Shown in pieces: positions 10,814 to 19,350 of a DNA stretch of 64,000 bases (within the stretch, counting starts at the first letter, position 1; the number at the start of each line of letters is the position of its first letter). A model generated the notes under the pieces. The model was not told the DNA's origin. It saw only the letters and a list, made by a program, of their open reading frames with translations, and did not search any database. The DNA is from Elusimicrobiota bacterium (lineage in GTDB: Bacteria > Elusimicrobiota > Elusimicrobia > F11). A program made the position numbers and the translations under genes. Where the stretch lies: the NCBI GenBank assembly GCA_044221725.1, contig JBGAON010000002.1:481455-545454 (forward strand). Direction: 5' to 3'.

Positions 10814-11931
10814 AACGGGTTCTTATCGTAGCCGGAGATCCTTCGGGGGATTTGGTTGCGTCGCAATTGGTGACGTCTTTAAAAGAACTCCAGCCCGATT
10901 TGTTCGTGGTGGGTGTCGGAGGCTCGCGCCTTGAGAAAGTGAGCGACCGGTTCCTCGAGAACATCGTCAGGAAACACGCGCTCGGTTTCGCTATCTCGCC
11001 GAAAACCATTCTTTATTTTCGCCACGTGCTGAACGAGGTGATCGTTCCCGAAATTGAACAGAACTCTCCGGATGTGGTCATCCCAGTCGACTTTTACGGA
11101 TTTAATTCACGCGTTGCCAAAGCGGCGAAGAACCTCGGCACAAAAGTTTTTTACTACGCGAGCCCGCAATTTTGGGCCAGCCGCTCTTATCGCGCGAATC
11201 AACTTCGCCCATTTGTGGATTTGTTTCTGTGTCTATTCCCGTTTGAGCTTGAGTTCTATAAGAAGAGAAACATTCCGGCGCAATTCGTGGGCCATCCAAT
11301 TCTGGATGTCCTGCCGCAAATGGATGCCAACCAACCGTTGCGTGTCGAGTCGGTGATCGGGCTGTTGCCCGGAAGTCGGCCGGGCGAAATAAAGCGCCAT
11401 CTGCCCGTCATGGTGGATGCGTGCGACAAAATTGCTTCGGCATGCCCGGGCACCCGGTTTGTGTTGTTCACCGTTCCGAATGTTTCGAGGGAACTGTATC
11501 ACGATATTCTTGGTGTCGCGAAACCCAGCCGCTGTCTCATCGAATTGATTCAAGATGAAAACTACAACTGGCGTAGCCAGTTGGATTTGGCGATCACTGC
11601 GTCCGGAATGGAAACGCTCGAAAATGCTTTGCTCGGAATTCCGATGGTCGTGATGTACAAAACCAATTGGGTGACCTATTGCATCGCTCGAGCGATTATT
11701 CAAATTCCGTACCTTGCGATGCCCAACTTGCTCGCGGGTCGAAGGATTGTGCCCGAATTCATTCAGTGGGATGCGACTGGCGACAACATCGCATTGCCGA
11801 TCCTTGAGTGGATGAAAGATCCGAAAGCACGACTGGCACTTCGTCGTGAGTTGCTGAGCTTACGTGAAAAATTTGGTGGAAACGGTGCCAGCGATCGTGC
11901 GGCTCGCGCCATTCTCGAAAAGGTGGCTTAA
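10810..11931 (+). CDS. lpxB: Lipid-A-disaccharide synthase
   Basis: 373 aa GT19 with N-terminus MKRVLIVAGDPSGD characteristic of LpxB. Confidence 0.93.
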   Translation: MKRVLIVAGDPSGDLVASQLVTSLKELQPDLFVVGVGGSRLEKVSDRFLENIVRKHALGFAISPKTILYFRHVLNEVIVPEIEQNSPDVVIPVDFYGFNSRVAKAAKNLGTKVFYYASPQFWASRSYRANQLRPFVDLFLCLFPFELEFYKKRNIPAQFVGHPILDVLPQMDANQPLRVESVIGLLPGSRPGEIKRHLPVMVDACDKIASACPGTRFVLFTVPNVSRELYHDILGVAKPSRCLIELIQDENYNWRSQLDLAITASGMETLENALLGIPMVVMYKTNWVTYCIARAIIQIPYLAMPNLLAGRRIVPEFIQWDATGDNIALPILEWMKDPKARLALRRELLSLREKFGGNGASDRAARAILEKVA

Positions 11932-13646
11932 TGCTTAAACGACTTTTTCCTTATTTAAAGCCGATGTGGTTCCGTTTTTCGGTGGCGCTTGTTTGCATGT
12001 CGGGTGTCGCTGGTTTGTCGACGGGTTTCATGTGGCTTGTGAAATATCTTAACGACCACGCCCTCGTCGAACATGACATGGCCGCCCTGCAAACAGGAGT
12101 GATTTTGGTTTTGACCGGAATCGGGCTCAAGTCTATCTTCTGGTACACGCACACGTACTTGACCTCGTACGTCAGTCAATCGGCCGCCCGTCAAATTCGA
12201 GACGATGTCTATAAGCATTTGTATTCGTTGTCGATGGGATTTTTCAATGAAAAGGAATCGGGGGGAATCCTCGCGCGATTAACGAACGATATTACAATCC
12301 TCCAGATTGCGCTTGTCACTGCCCCGACGGTTATTTTGCGCGATGGACTAACCATTGTGGGTCTTATCGGTTTCTTGTTTTACACAAATCTAAAGTTTTC
12401 TCTGATGTGTTTTTCGATCCTGCCGGTAACGGGTTGGTTCCTTACGAGCCTTGGTAAGAAAAGTCGGCGCGGTGGTCGCGAAGGACAGGCGCGTATGGCC
12501 GATATGTACAACATTATCCACGAGGCGTTGGCCGCTATGCCTATTGTGAAAGTTTTTCAAAACGAAAAGCATGAAATTGAAGAATTTCAGAAAGAGAACC
12601 GAAGTTATTTCAACACGATGATGAAGCTCGTGCGCGTGGACGCCCGCTCGAGCCCGATCATGGAGTTTCTCGGTGCAATCGTGTTGGCGATCATGCTCTG
12701 GATGGGGGGGCGCGACGTGATCCGCGGCGTCTGGTCCGTCGGTTCGTTTATGGCGTTCGTCGGTGCCGCGATGTATCTCTACAACCCGATTAAGAAATTC
12801 GCCAGCGTAAACGTGCAGTTGCAACAGGGCTTGGCAGCGGCTGAGCGCGTGTTCGAACTTCTCGACCAGAAAGGGACCGTGGTTGATGCGCCGAACCCAA
12901 TTGAAATTCCTTCAATTGAAAAAGCGATCACATTCAAAAATGTGTCGTTCTCTTATCAAGCGCCGAACGTGGTGCTGAACTCGGTTAATCTTGAAGTAAA
13001 GAAAGGGGAGATCATCGCACTTGTCGGGCACTCTGGATCTGGAAAAACAACGATGGCGCAATTGCTGCTCCGCTTTTACGATCCAACAAGCGGAGCTATT
13101 CTCATCGACGGAATTGACCTGCGCAAAGCGTCGTTGCACAGTCTGCGAAAACAAATGGCTGTCGTCACCCAGGAGACCCATTTGTTTAATGATACGGTGC
13201 TCGCGAATATAGCGTATGGTCGGCCGGATGCTCCCATCGCCGATATTGAAGCGGCCGCCAAGGCGGCGTTCGCGCATGACTTTATCATGGCGCTTCCGAA
13301 CGGATACAACACGATCATCGGTGAACGGGGGGCTCGCATCTCCGGAGGAGAAAAGCAGCGAATTTCAATTGCGCGCTCGTTGTTGAAAAACCCGGCCATT
13401 TTAATTTTGGACGAAGCCACCAGCGCACTCGATACCGCATCCGAGCAAGCGGTTCAGAAGGCGCTCGATCGGTTGCTGGTGGGCCGCACGGTGTTCATGA
13501 TCGCGCACCGCCTGTCGACGGTGAGAAAGGCGGATCGTATAATTGTTCTTGAAAGAGGACACGTCAAAGAAATTGGCAATCACGAGGAACTTATTCGTCA
13601 GAAGGGCGCGTACCATCAACTTTACGCTTTGCAGGCGATTGTTTAA
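11931..13646 (+). CDS. msbA: Lipid A export ABC transporter (permease plus ATPase) MsbA-like
   Basis: 571 aa with six N-terminal TM helices, then an ABC ATPase with Walker A GHSGSGKTT, signature LSGGEKQR and Walker B ILILDEATSALD. The start shares one nucleotide with the lpxB stop (TAATG). Confidence 0.88.
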   Translation: MLKRLFPYLKPMWFRFSVALVCMSGVAGLSTGFMWLVKYLNDHALVEHDMAALQTGVILVLTGIGLKSIFWYTHTYLTSYVSQSAARQIRDDVYKHLYSLSMGFFNEKESGGILARLTNDITILQIALVTAPTVILRDGLTIVGLIGFLFYTNLKFSLMCFSILPVTGWFLTSLGKKSRRGGREGQARMADMYNIIHEALAAMPIVKVFQNEKHEIEEFQKENRSYFNTMMKLVRVDARSSPIMEFLGAIVLAIMLWMGGRDVIRGVWSVGSFMAFVGAAMYLYNPIKKFASVNVQLQQGLAAAERVFELLDQKGTVVDAPNPIEIPSIEKAITFKNVSFSYQAPNVVLNSVNLEVKKGEIIALVGHSGSGKTTMAQLLLRFYDPTSGAILIDGIDLRKASLHSLRKQMAVVTQETHLFNDTVLANIAYGRPDAPIADIEAAAKAAFAHDFIMALPNGYNTIIGERGARISGGEKQRISIARSLLKNPAILILDEATSALDTASEQAVQKALDRLLVGRTVFMIAHRLSTVRKADRIIVLERGHVKEIGNHEELIRQKGAYHQLYALQAIV

Positions 13647-13651
13647 CACCG

Positions 13652-13858
13652 ATGAATATTTCGATTCAATTGAACGGGAAACACGAATCTGTCCCGTATG
13701 GGATTTCGGTGAAGCATTTGCTTGAGCAGCGCGGAGTGAATCCAAACGTGGTGGCCTGCGAACTGAATCTCAAAATTTTAAAACGCGCGACATTGGATAA
13801 TGTGACGTTAAATGAAGGCGACGCTCTGGAAGTTATCCAAATGATCGGCGGAGGATAA
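13652..13858 (+). CDS. thiS: Sulfur carrier protein ThiS
   Basis: 68 aa ubiquitin-like protein ending in GG. Directly upstream of thiG. Confidence 0.85.
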   Translation: MNISIQLNGKHESVPYGISVKHLLEQRGVNPNVVACELNLKILKRATLDNVTLNEGDALEVIQMIGGG

Positions 13859-13862
13859 GAAC

Positions 13863-14666
13863 ATGACAACGGAAACGATGACGGAAAAAGACGTATTAAA
13901 ATTTGGTCGCTACGAACTCTCGTCGCGACTCATTGTAGGGACCGGCAAATACAAAAGCCTGGACTTGATGAAAAGTTGTCTCGAAGCATCGGGTGCGAGC
14001 ATGGTCACCGTCGCTGTGCGACGTGTTAATCTCCAGGATCATTCGGAAACGTCGTTCTGGACGTACCTTCCAAAACACATGACGATCCTTCCCAACACCG
14101 CTGGTTGCTACAATTTGCAAGACACGTTGCGAACCGCGCGATTGGCTCGGGAATTGTTAAACACCGATTTGATCAAGCTCGAGGTTCTTGGCGATCCACA
14201 AACCCTTTTGCCGGACACCGAAGTTTTGCTGCAGGCCACGAAGACATTGGTTCAAGAAGGCTTTACGGTGCTGCCGTATACGAATGATGATCCCATCGTC
14301 GCGCGAAAACTCGTTGATGCGGGGGCCGCCGCCGTGATGCCGCTCGGTGCACCGATTGGTTCGGGTCAAGGTATTCTTAATCCGTTAAATATTCAGTTCA
14401 TTCGAGAAATCGTTAAATCGGTCCCTGTCATCGTCGACGCCGGGGTCGGCACGGCGTCGGACGCTGCGCTGGCCATGGAGCTTGGCGTGGACGGAATTCT
14501 CATGAACACAGCGATTGCCGAAGCGCAGGATCCGCTAAAGATGGCGGCAGCTATGAAGCTCGCGACGGATGCCGGACGAATGGCTTATCTCGCGGGCCGC
14601 ATGCCGAAACGCGGGCACGCACAGGCGTCGAGTCCGGTGCAGGGAACCATTGGATCCCCGAAATAG
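13863..14666 (+). CDS. thiG: Thiazole synthase ThiG
   Basis: 267 aa TIM-barrel ThiG. It has the conserved sequence [16 protein letters not shown] and a typical C-terminus (AGRMPKR...ASSP). Confidence 0.92.
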   Translation: MTTETMTEKDVLKFGRYELSSRLIVGTGKYKSLDLMKSCLEASGASMVTVAVRRVNLQDHSETSFWTYLPKHMTILPNTAGCYNLQDTLRTARLARELLNTDLIKLEVLGDPQTLLPDTEVLLQATKTLVQEGFTVLPYTNDDPIVARKLVDAGAAAVMPLGAPIGSGQGILNPLNIQFIREIVKSVPVIVDAGVGTASDAALAMELGVDGILMNTAIAEAQDPLKMAAAMKLATDAGRMAYLAGRMPKRGHAQASSPVQGTIGSPK

Positions 14667-14667
14667 A

Positions 14668-15714
14668 ATGCGCGGTCGCGTGGCCTCACGCTGGATCACG
14701 GCTTCGACAACTTTCCTCCTATTCGTTACATCCCTTCAAGCTAAAGAAAAAACTCCAATATCCGATACGGCGCTTGATGGCGGTGTTTTAAGTGCCGAAA
14801 CGCTCGGTCGCGGTAACACGATTGCGTCCAATCGTGCGACGCCAGCATCGGGTTCTGAGAATCCGGCAGCGCTCGCGGATTCTCCCGTAAATGCCGTCTA
14901 CACCTCGGTGCTTGTGGATACCCGCAGCAAGTTAACGCCGAAACAAGAACAGGCAAACGATCCGTTGCAAGGGCGCGTGTTGCAATATCTTTCTATTCAA
15001 GGCGAAAAAGGCGTGATTTATTACGAGCCTTTGTCGCGCCAGAACACGACCGAGGTTACGAATGAAGCGTCGCCAACAACGGATTTCCGTGACGTTGAAT
15101 ATTCGGCGGATGCGATCGGATTCGCTGGAGCGGAACGTTTTGGCGCTGGAAGTATTGGACTTTCTATCGCTTATCTTCATTCCAGCATTGGGGTTGAAGA
15201 GCATCGGTCGGGTGCACCGGACAAATTTACGTCGGATACCGCGGATGGATTTCGGTTTAATCTTGGCGTCCGTTATCCAACGGGACCTGCGATGTGGGGA
15301 ATTCTCGTGCAAAACGCGCCGGCGTTTTTATGGGGGAAGGATTACAGTCGCGAGCTGTTGCCAGTCCGCGTTCGGTTCGGTAACACGGTTCGTCTAGCGC
15401 CCGGCTTTTTATTGTCCGCCGATTGGGAACGCCGTTATTATCACGAAGGGTCCAACAAAGACGACTATTTTTATTTGGGCGATGAGACGGCCATTGGGAA
15501 ATACGCGGTGTTTCGAATTGGGATGTACGGCACAAATCTCAGCAATCCTCGCGAACGTCATACGACCGGTGGACTTTCGTTTATCGCTCGGAGCGGTGCG
15601 CAACTTACGTATGGCCTCGATATTTCGAAAGAGTATGATGAAGACGTAAAGAAATCGTATCTCTCGTTTCAATTTCCTTTTGAATCGGTCGACGATAGCT
15701 CGTCGTCGCGATGA
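14668..15714 (+). CDS. Hypothetical secreted outer-membrane beta-barrel-like protein
   Basis: The likely start is ATG at 14668 (MRGRVASRWITASTTFLLFVTSLQA is a signal peptide). The ORF-track start at 14569 would overlap thiG. It has alternating hydrophobic beta-strand patterning and a C-terminal aromatic (SFQFPF). No recognisable family by eye. Confidence 0.5.
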   Translation: MRGRVASRWITASTTFLLFVTSLQAKEKTPISDTALDGGVLSAETLGRGNTIASNRATPASGSENPAALADSPVNAVYTSVLVDTRSKLTPKQEQANDPLQGRVLQYLSIQGEKGVIYYEPLSRQNTTEVTNEASPTTDFRDVEYSADAIGFAGAERFGAGSIGLSIAYLHSSIGVEEHRSGAPDKFTSDTADGFRFNLGVRYPTGPAMWGILVQNAPAFLWGKDYSRELLPVRVRFGNTVRLAPGFLLSADWERRYYHEGSNKDDYFYLGDETAIGKYAVFRIGMYGTNLSNPRERHTTGGLSFIARSGAQLTYGLDISKEYDEDVKKSYLSFQFPFESVDDSSSSR

Positions 15715-17849
15715 ACACGCTAACCCAGCCCGCACAAACAAACCTTTCACCAAAATTGGATTTGTCGACGCCTGTCCAATTCATTAAAGGCGTCGGTCCC
15801 GCGAAGGCACAGATTCTTCACAAGCTTGGTATTGCAACACTCGAGGATCTGCTGTTTTATTTCCCGCGTGATCATCAGGACCGCCGTGTCGTTTCCATCA
15901 AAGAAGCGGTTGTCGGAAAGAAATGCGCGATCGTGGCAAGCGTCGATGATATGCAGTTTCAACGAGTAGGAAAAATGCTGGGGCAGGCGCGCGCGCGTGT
16001 TCAGGATAGCTCGGGTTCCCTGGAGGCCGTATGGTTCAAACGCCTGTCGTTCAAATACGACGTGTTCGGCGCCGTAAAGCGAGATGTTTCACCCGGGAGT
16101 CGCGTTTTCCTCTACGGCGCGGTTGAGGTGAACAATGGCGCGGTCGAAATGCGCGTTGAAGATTATGCCGTTGCGAACGCGGATCTCGAAACAGGACGCA
16201 TTACACCCATTTACCGATTAACAGAGGGATTGAATGATCGCTGGCTGCGCTTGCTGATGGAACGCATTATCCCGGCGAACGCTAACAATGTTAATGACAC
16301 GCTCCCATCATCATTAAAAGCGCAGCACAAGCTACTCGATTTCGCTGTTGCGTTGGAACGTTTCCATTTTCCAAAGAGTTGGGCGGACCGCGATGAAGCG
16401 CGCACGCGCCTCGCGTTCGACGAATTCTTTTTTCTCGAACTTGCTTTGGCCATCAACCGAAATGAGCGAGGACAACGATCCAAAAATTTCTCTTACGAGA
16501 TTCAAAAGACGTTACTGACGCCATTTCGCCAGCAAATGGGATTTGATTTCACGAAAGCACAGACGCGCGTGATCAACGAAATCTTCCGTGATATGCAGCG
16601 CCCGCAACCGATGAACCGCCTTTTGCAAGGCGATGTCGGCTCCGGAAAAACGATTGTGGCCCTGTCGTCCGCGCTATTGGCAATAGAAAACGGCCTTCAG
16701 GTGGCGTTGCTTGCACCCACGGAAATTTTGGCCACCCAGCACGCATTATCCATCGGTCGCCTGTTCAAACATCTCCCTGTTTCGGTTGCGTTGTTGACCG
16801 GTTCGACCCCGCCTGCCAATCGAAAAAAAATTCTGTCGGACGTTAAAGCAGGGAGGATTCAATTGCTTATCGGTACCCACGCGATTCTCAACGCGGATGT
16901 GGTGTTTTCGAAATTGGGCCTCGTCGTGATCGACGAACAGCACCGCTTTGGCGTGCAACAACGCGCACATTTGTCGCTCAAAGAAAATCCCGTCGATGTT
17001 CTGATCATGACGGCGACCCCCATTCCTCGCACCTTGGCGCTCACCATCTACGGCGATCTTGACGTGTCGATCATTGACGAAGTGCCCGCTGGTCGGAAAC
17101 CAATAAAAACGTTTTGCGCCTCGGAAATAACGGCCATGGAACACATTGAGCGCGAACTGGCCACCGGGCAGCAGGCGTACTTGGTATTTCCGCTGGTGGA
17201 CGAATCCGAGTTGCTGCAGAAACGCGCAGGCAAAGCGGTGCTCGCTGTTAAAAAAGAGTTGGGGCGCATAAAAGCGCGTTTTTCGAAATACACGGTCGAT
17301 CTTTTGCACGGCCAGATGACGTCCGAAGAAAAGCGTGGTGTGATGGACAAGTTTCGCGCAGGAAAAACACAGCTCTTGCTTGCGACGCCCGTCATTGAGG
17401 TAGGTATTGATGTGCCCAACGCAACGGTTATCGCGATTCAAAATCCGGAACGTTTCGGGCTCGCGCAACTTCATCAGTTGAGGGGACGCGTCGGGCGTGG
17501 ATCGCTTGCATCGAAATGCGTGTTGATCACCGAAACAGCGGACTCCGGTGATGAACTCGTAAGCAACCGATTGTTGTCGTTCTGTTCCATCGAAAACGGT
17601 TTCCGTCTAGCAGAAGAAGACTTAAAATTGCGCGGCCCCGGAGAATTTCTCGGTGAAGCTCAGCATGGCACACCGTTTTTCCAAGTGGGAGATCTCGTTA
17701 TGGACGGGTTGCTCATCGCGCAAACACGCGAAGCTGCACGAAGTCTTGTCGAAGGCGAAATTGCCCTTACGCTCAAAGAATTTGCACTTTTGAATCGTGT
17801 TCTGCAAAAACGCTTTGGAACGAAACTGCAACTGTCGCGAGTCGGCTAA
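15711..17849 (+). CDS. recG: ATP-dependent DNA helicase RecG
   Basis: 712 aa with wedge and OB N-terminal domain. Helicase motifs GDVGSGKT and VIDEQHRFGV, then a C-terminal helicase domain. The start overlaps the upstream ORF stop (ATGA). Confidence 0.93.
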   Translation: MNTLTQPAQTNLSPKLDLSTPVQFIKGVGPAKAQILHKLGIATLEDLLFYFPRDHQDRRVVSIKEAVVGKKCAIVASVDDMQFQRVGKMLGQARARVQDSSGSLEAVWFKRLSFKYDVFGAVKRDVSPGSRVFLYGAVEVNNGAVEMRVEDYAVANADLETGRITPIYRLTEGLNDRWLRLLMERIIPANANNVNDTLPSSLKAQHKLLDFAVALERFHFPKSWADRDEARTRLAFDEFFFLELALAINRNERGQRSKNFSYEIQKTLLTPFRQQMGFDFTKAQTRVINEIFRDMQRPQPMNRLLQGDVGSGKTIVALSSALLAIENGLQVALLAPTEILATQHALSIGRLFKHLPVSVALLTGSTPPANRKKILSDVKAGRIQLLIGTHAILNADVVFSKLGLVVIDEQHRFGVQQRAHLSLKENPVDVLIMTATPIPRTLALTIYGDLDVSIIDEVPAGRKPIKTFCASEITAMEHIERELATGQQAYLVFPLVDESELLQKRAGKAVLAVKKELGRIKARFSKYTVDLLHGQMTSEEKRGVMDKFRAGKTQLLLATPVIEVGIDVPNATVIAIQNPERFGLAQLHQLRGRVGRGSLASKCVLITETADSGDELVSNRLLSFCSIENGFRLAEEDLKLRGPGEFLGEAQHGTPFFQVGDLVMDGLLIAQTREAARSLVEGEIALTLKEFALLNRVLQKRFGTKLQLSRVG

Positions 17850-17859
17850 CAGGAGACGT

Positions 17860-18357
17860 GTGAAAAAAAACAAACATATAGCGATTTATCCGGGAACATT
17901 CGATCCCATAACGTTTGGGCACCTCGATATTCTGGAACGTGCCACGCACATTTTTGATGAGGTGATTGTCGCCATTTCACGACAAAATTCAAAAACCACA
18001 CTTTTTTCGATGGATGAGCGGGTGGAACTCGTGGGTCGTGTTATTTCTCAAAAGAAATTTCAATGTCCGGTTCGCGTCGAGGTTTTTTCAGGATTGTTGG
18101 TACGGTTCGCGAAGAAATGCGGCGTTTCGACTTTGGTTCGTGGGTTGCGCGCTATTTCGGATTTTGAATACGAATTTCAAATGGCTCTCATGAACCGGCA
18201 CCAAGCGTCTGACATCGAAACCGTGTTTTTAATGCCCGATGAGCGATTTGTGTATCTGTCATCGTCTATGGTGCGAACCATCGCGCGGTTGGATGGGAAC
18301 CTGCAAGCGTTTCTTCCGAAACCGGTGCTCGCCGCATTAAAAAAGAAGTTTAAATAG
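17860..18357 (+). CDS. coaD: Phosphopantetheine adenylyltransferase
   Basis: GTG start at 17860, preceded by AGGAG at 17851-17855. N-terminal sequence KHIAIYPGTFDPITFGHLDI carries the HxGH-type nucleotidyltransferase motif. About 166 aa. Confidence 0.9.
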   Translation: MKKNKHIAIYPGTFDPITFGHLDILERATHIFDEVIVAISRQNSKTTLFSMDERVELVGRVISQKKFQCPVRVEVFSGLLVRFAKKCGVSTLVRGLRAISDFEYEFQMALMNRHQASDIETVFLMPDERFVYLSSSMVRTIARLDGNLQAFLPKPVLAALKKKFK

Positions 18358-18369
18358 CAACCGGATCTA

Positions 18370-18398
18370 TTGACACGCCGGATGAAGCCGGCTAGATT
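18370..18398 (+). promoter_or_regulatory. Putative sigma70-type promoter for pta-pilB (TTGACA, 17 nt spacer, TAGATT)
   Basis: A consensus -35 TTGACA lies at 18370-18375, then a 17-nt spacer, then a -10-like TAGATT at 18393-18398. The -10 ends only 6 nt before the GTG start at 18405, implying a leaderless or very short-leader mRNA. Confidence 0.4.
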
Positions 18399-18404
18399 TC
18401 TTAG

Positions 18405-19349
18405 GTGTTTTCTTATAGTGATTTCTGGTCAAAACTTGCCTCGCTCCCGACAAAACCTGTTCGCATCGCGTTCACCGACCCCTCCGATCCTCGCGTACGA
18501 GACGCTTGCCAGACGGTGTCCGATAAGGCCCTTATCGAACCGGTGTTGGTGAAGGATTTCTCCGAAATTTCCGAAGGTCGACTGCGCGAAATTCTCTCCA
18601 CTTCGCAAAAGAAACAAAACCCAGATCCCAAAATAATCGACGCGCAGCTTCGTGACCCGCTTTACCACGGGATCGGCCTTTTGCTCGAGGGTAAAGTTTT
18701 GGGGCTTGTCGGCGGAAGCACGAGGCCAACCTCCGATATTGTTCGAGCGGCACTGCAATGTGTGGGACCGCGGCCCGGTGCAAAACTCGTTTCGGGACAA
18801 TTCTTTATCGAGACGGAGAAACGCATGAGCGCGGACCAAACACCGTTTTTGTTTGCTGATTGCGCAGTCATGCCGGAACCTTCGCCTCGCGCGCTTGCGA
18901 TTGTCGCAACAAGTGCGGCCGAATCTTTTCGGTTCTTCACAGGCAAAACACCGCGTGTCGCATTTCTCTCGTTTTCCACAAGAGACAGCGCCCAAAGCCC
19001 GCTGGTGGACAGAATTAAAGAAGCCCTGGAAATTACCCGTAAACTTGATGCAAATTTGATTGTGGATGGGGAACTACAAGTCGACGCAGCATTGGATGCC
19101 GATGTGGCATTGATAAAAAACGCAGCCGATTCACCTGTTGCTGGTAAAGCGAACGTTTTCGTCTTTCCAACCTTGGAGGCGGGAAACATTGGATATAAAT
19201 TGGTCCAACGCTTTTCGAATGCGCGCATTGCAGGCCCTCTGTTGTGGGGACTGAACAAACCTGTCAGCGACTTGTCGCGTGGTTGCACCGTTCAGGAAAT
19301 AATCGATTCGGCGCTGTGCGTCGCCATGATGGCCAAGCGAGCGATCTGA
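18405..19349 (+). CDS. pta: Phosphate acetyltransferase (short-form Pta, PTA_PTB family)
   Basis: 314 aa aligning over its full length to class I Pta. Matches include VRIAFTDPSDPRV, GGSTRPTSDIVRAALQ, DGELQVDAAL, PVAGKANVFVFPTLEAGNIGYK and NKPVSDLSRGC. No ackA in the window. Confidence 0.85.
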   Translation: MFSYSDFWSKLASLPTKPVRIAFTDPSDPRVRDACQTVSDKALIEPVLVKDFSEISEGRLREILSTSQKKQNPDPKIIDAQLRDPLYHGIGLLLEGKVLGLVGGSTRPTSDIVRAALQCVGPRPGAKLVSGQFFIETEKRMSADQTPFLFADCAVMPEPSPRALAIVATSAAESFRFFTGKTPRVAFLSFSTRDSAQSPLVDRIKEALEITRKLDANLIVDGELQVDAALDADVALIKNAADSPVAGKANVFVFPTLEAGNIGYKLVQRFSNARIAGPLLWGLNKPVSDLSRGCTVQEIIDSALCVAMMAKRAI

Positions 19350-19350
19350 G

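Noticed and set aside
14569-14667. The ORF-track start for the OMP gene at 14569 ([22 protein letters not shown]...).
   Set aside because: It overlaps the conserved ThiG C-terminus by 98 nt and encodes an Arg-rich non-signal N-terminus. The ATG at 14668 gives a clean signal peptide immediately after the thiG stop.
17797-17859. Upstream extension of coaD (MFCKNALERNCNCRESANRRRVKK...) overlapping the recG end.
   Set aside because: The conserved CoaD N-terminus begins at HIAIYPGTFDP. GTG 17860 with an AGGAG at proper spacing fits. The extension overlaps recG and is Arg-rich.
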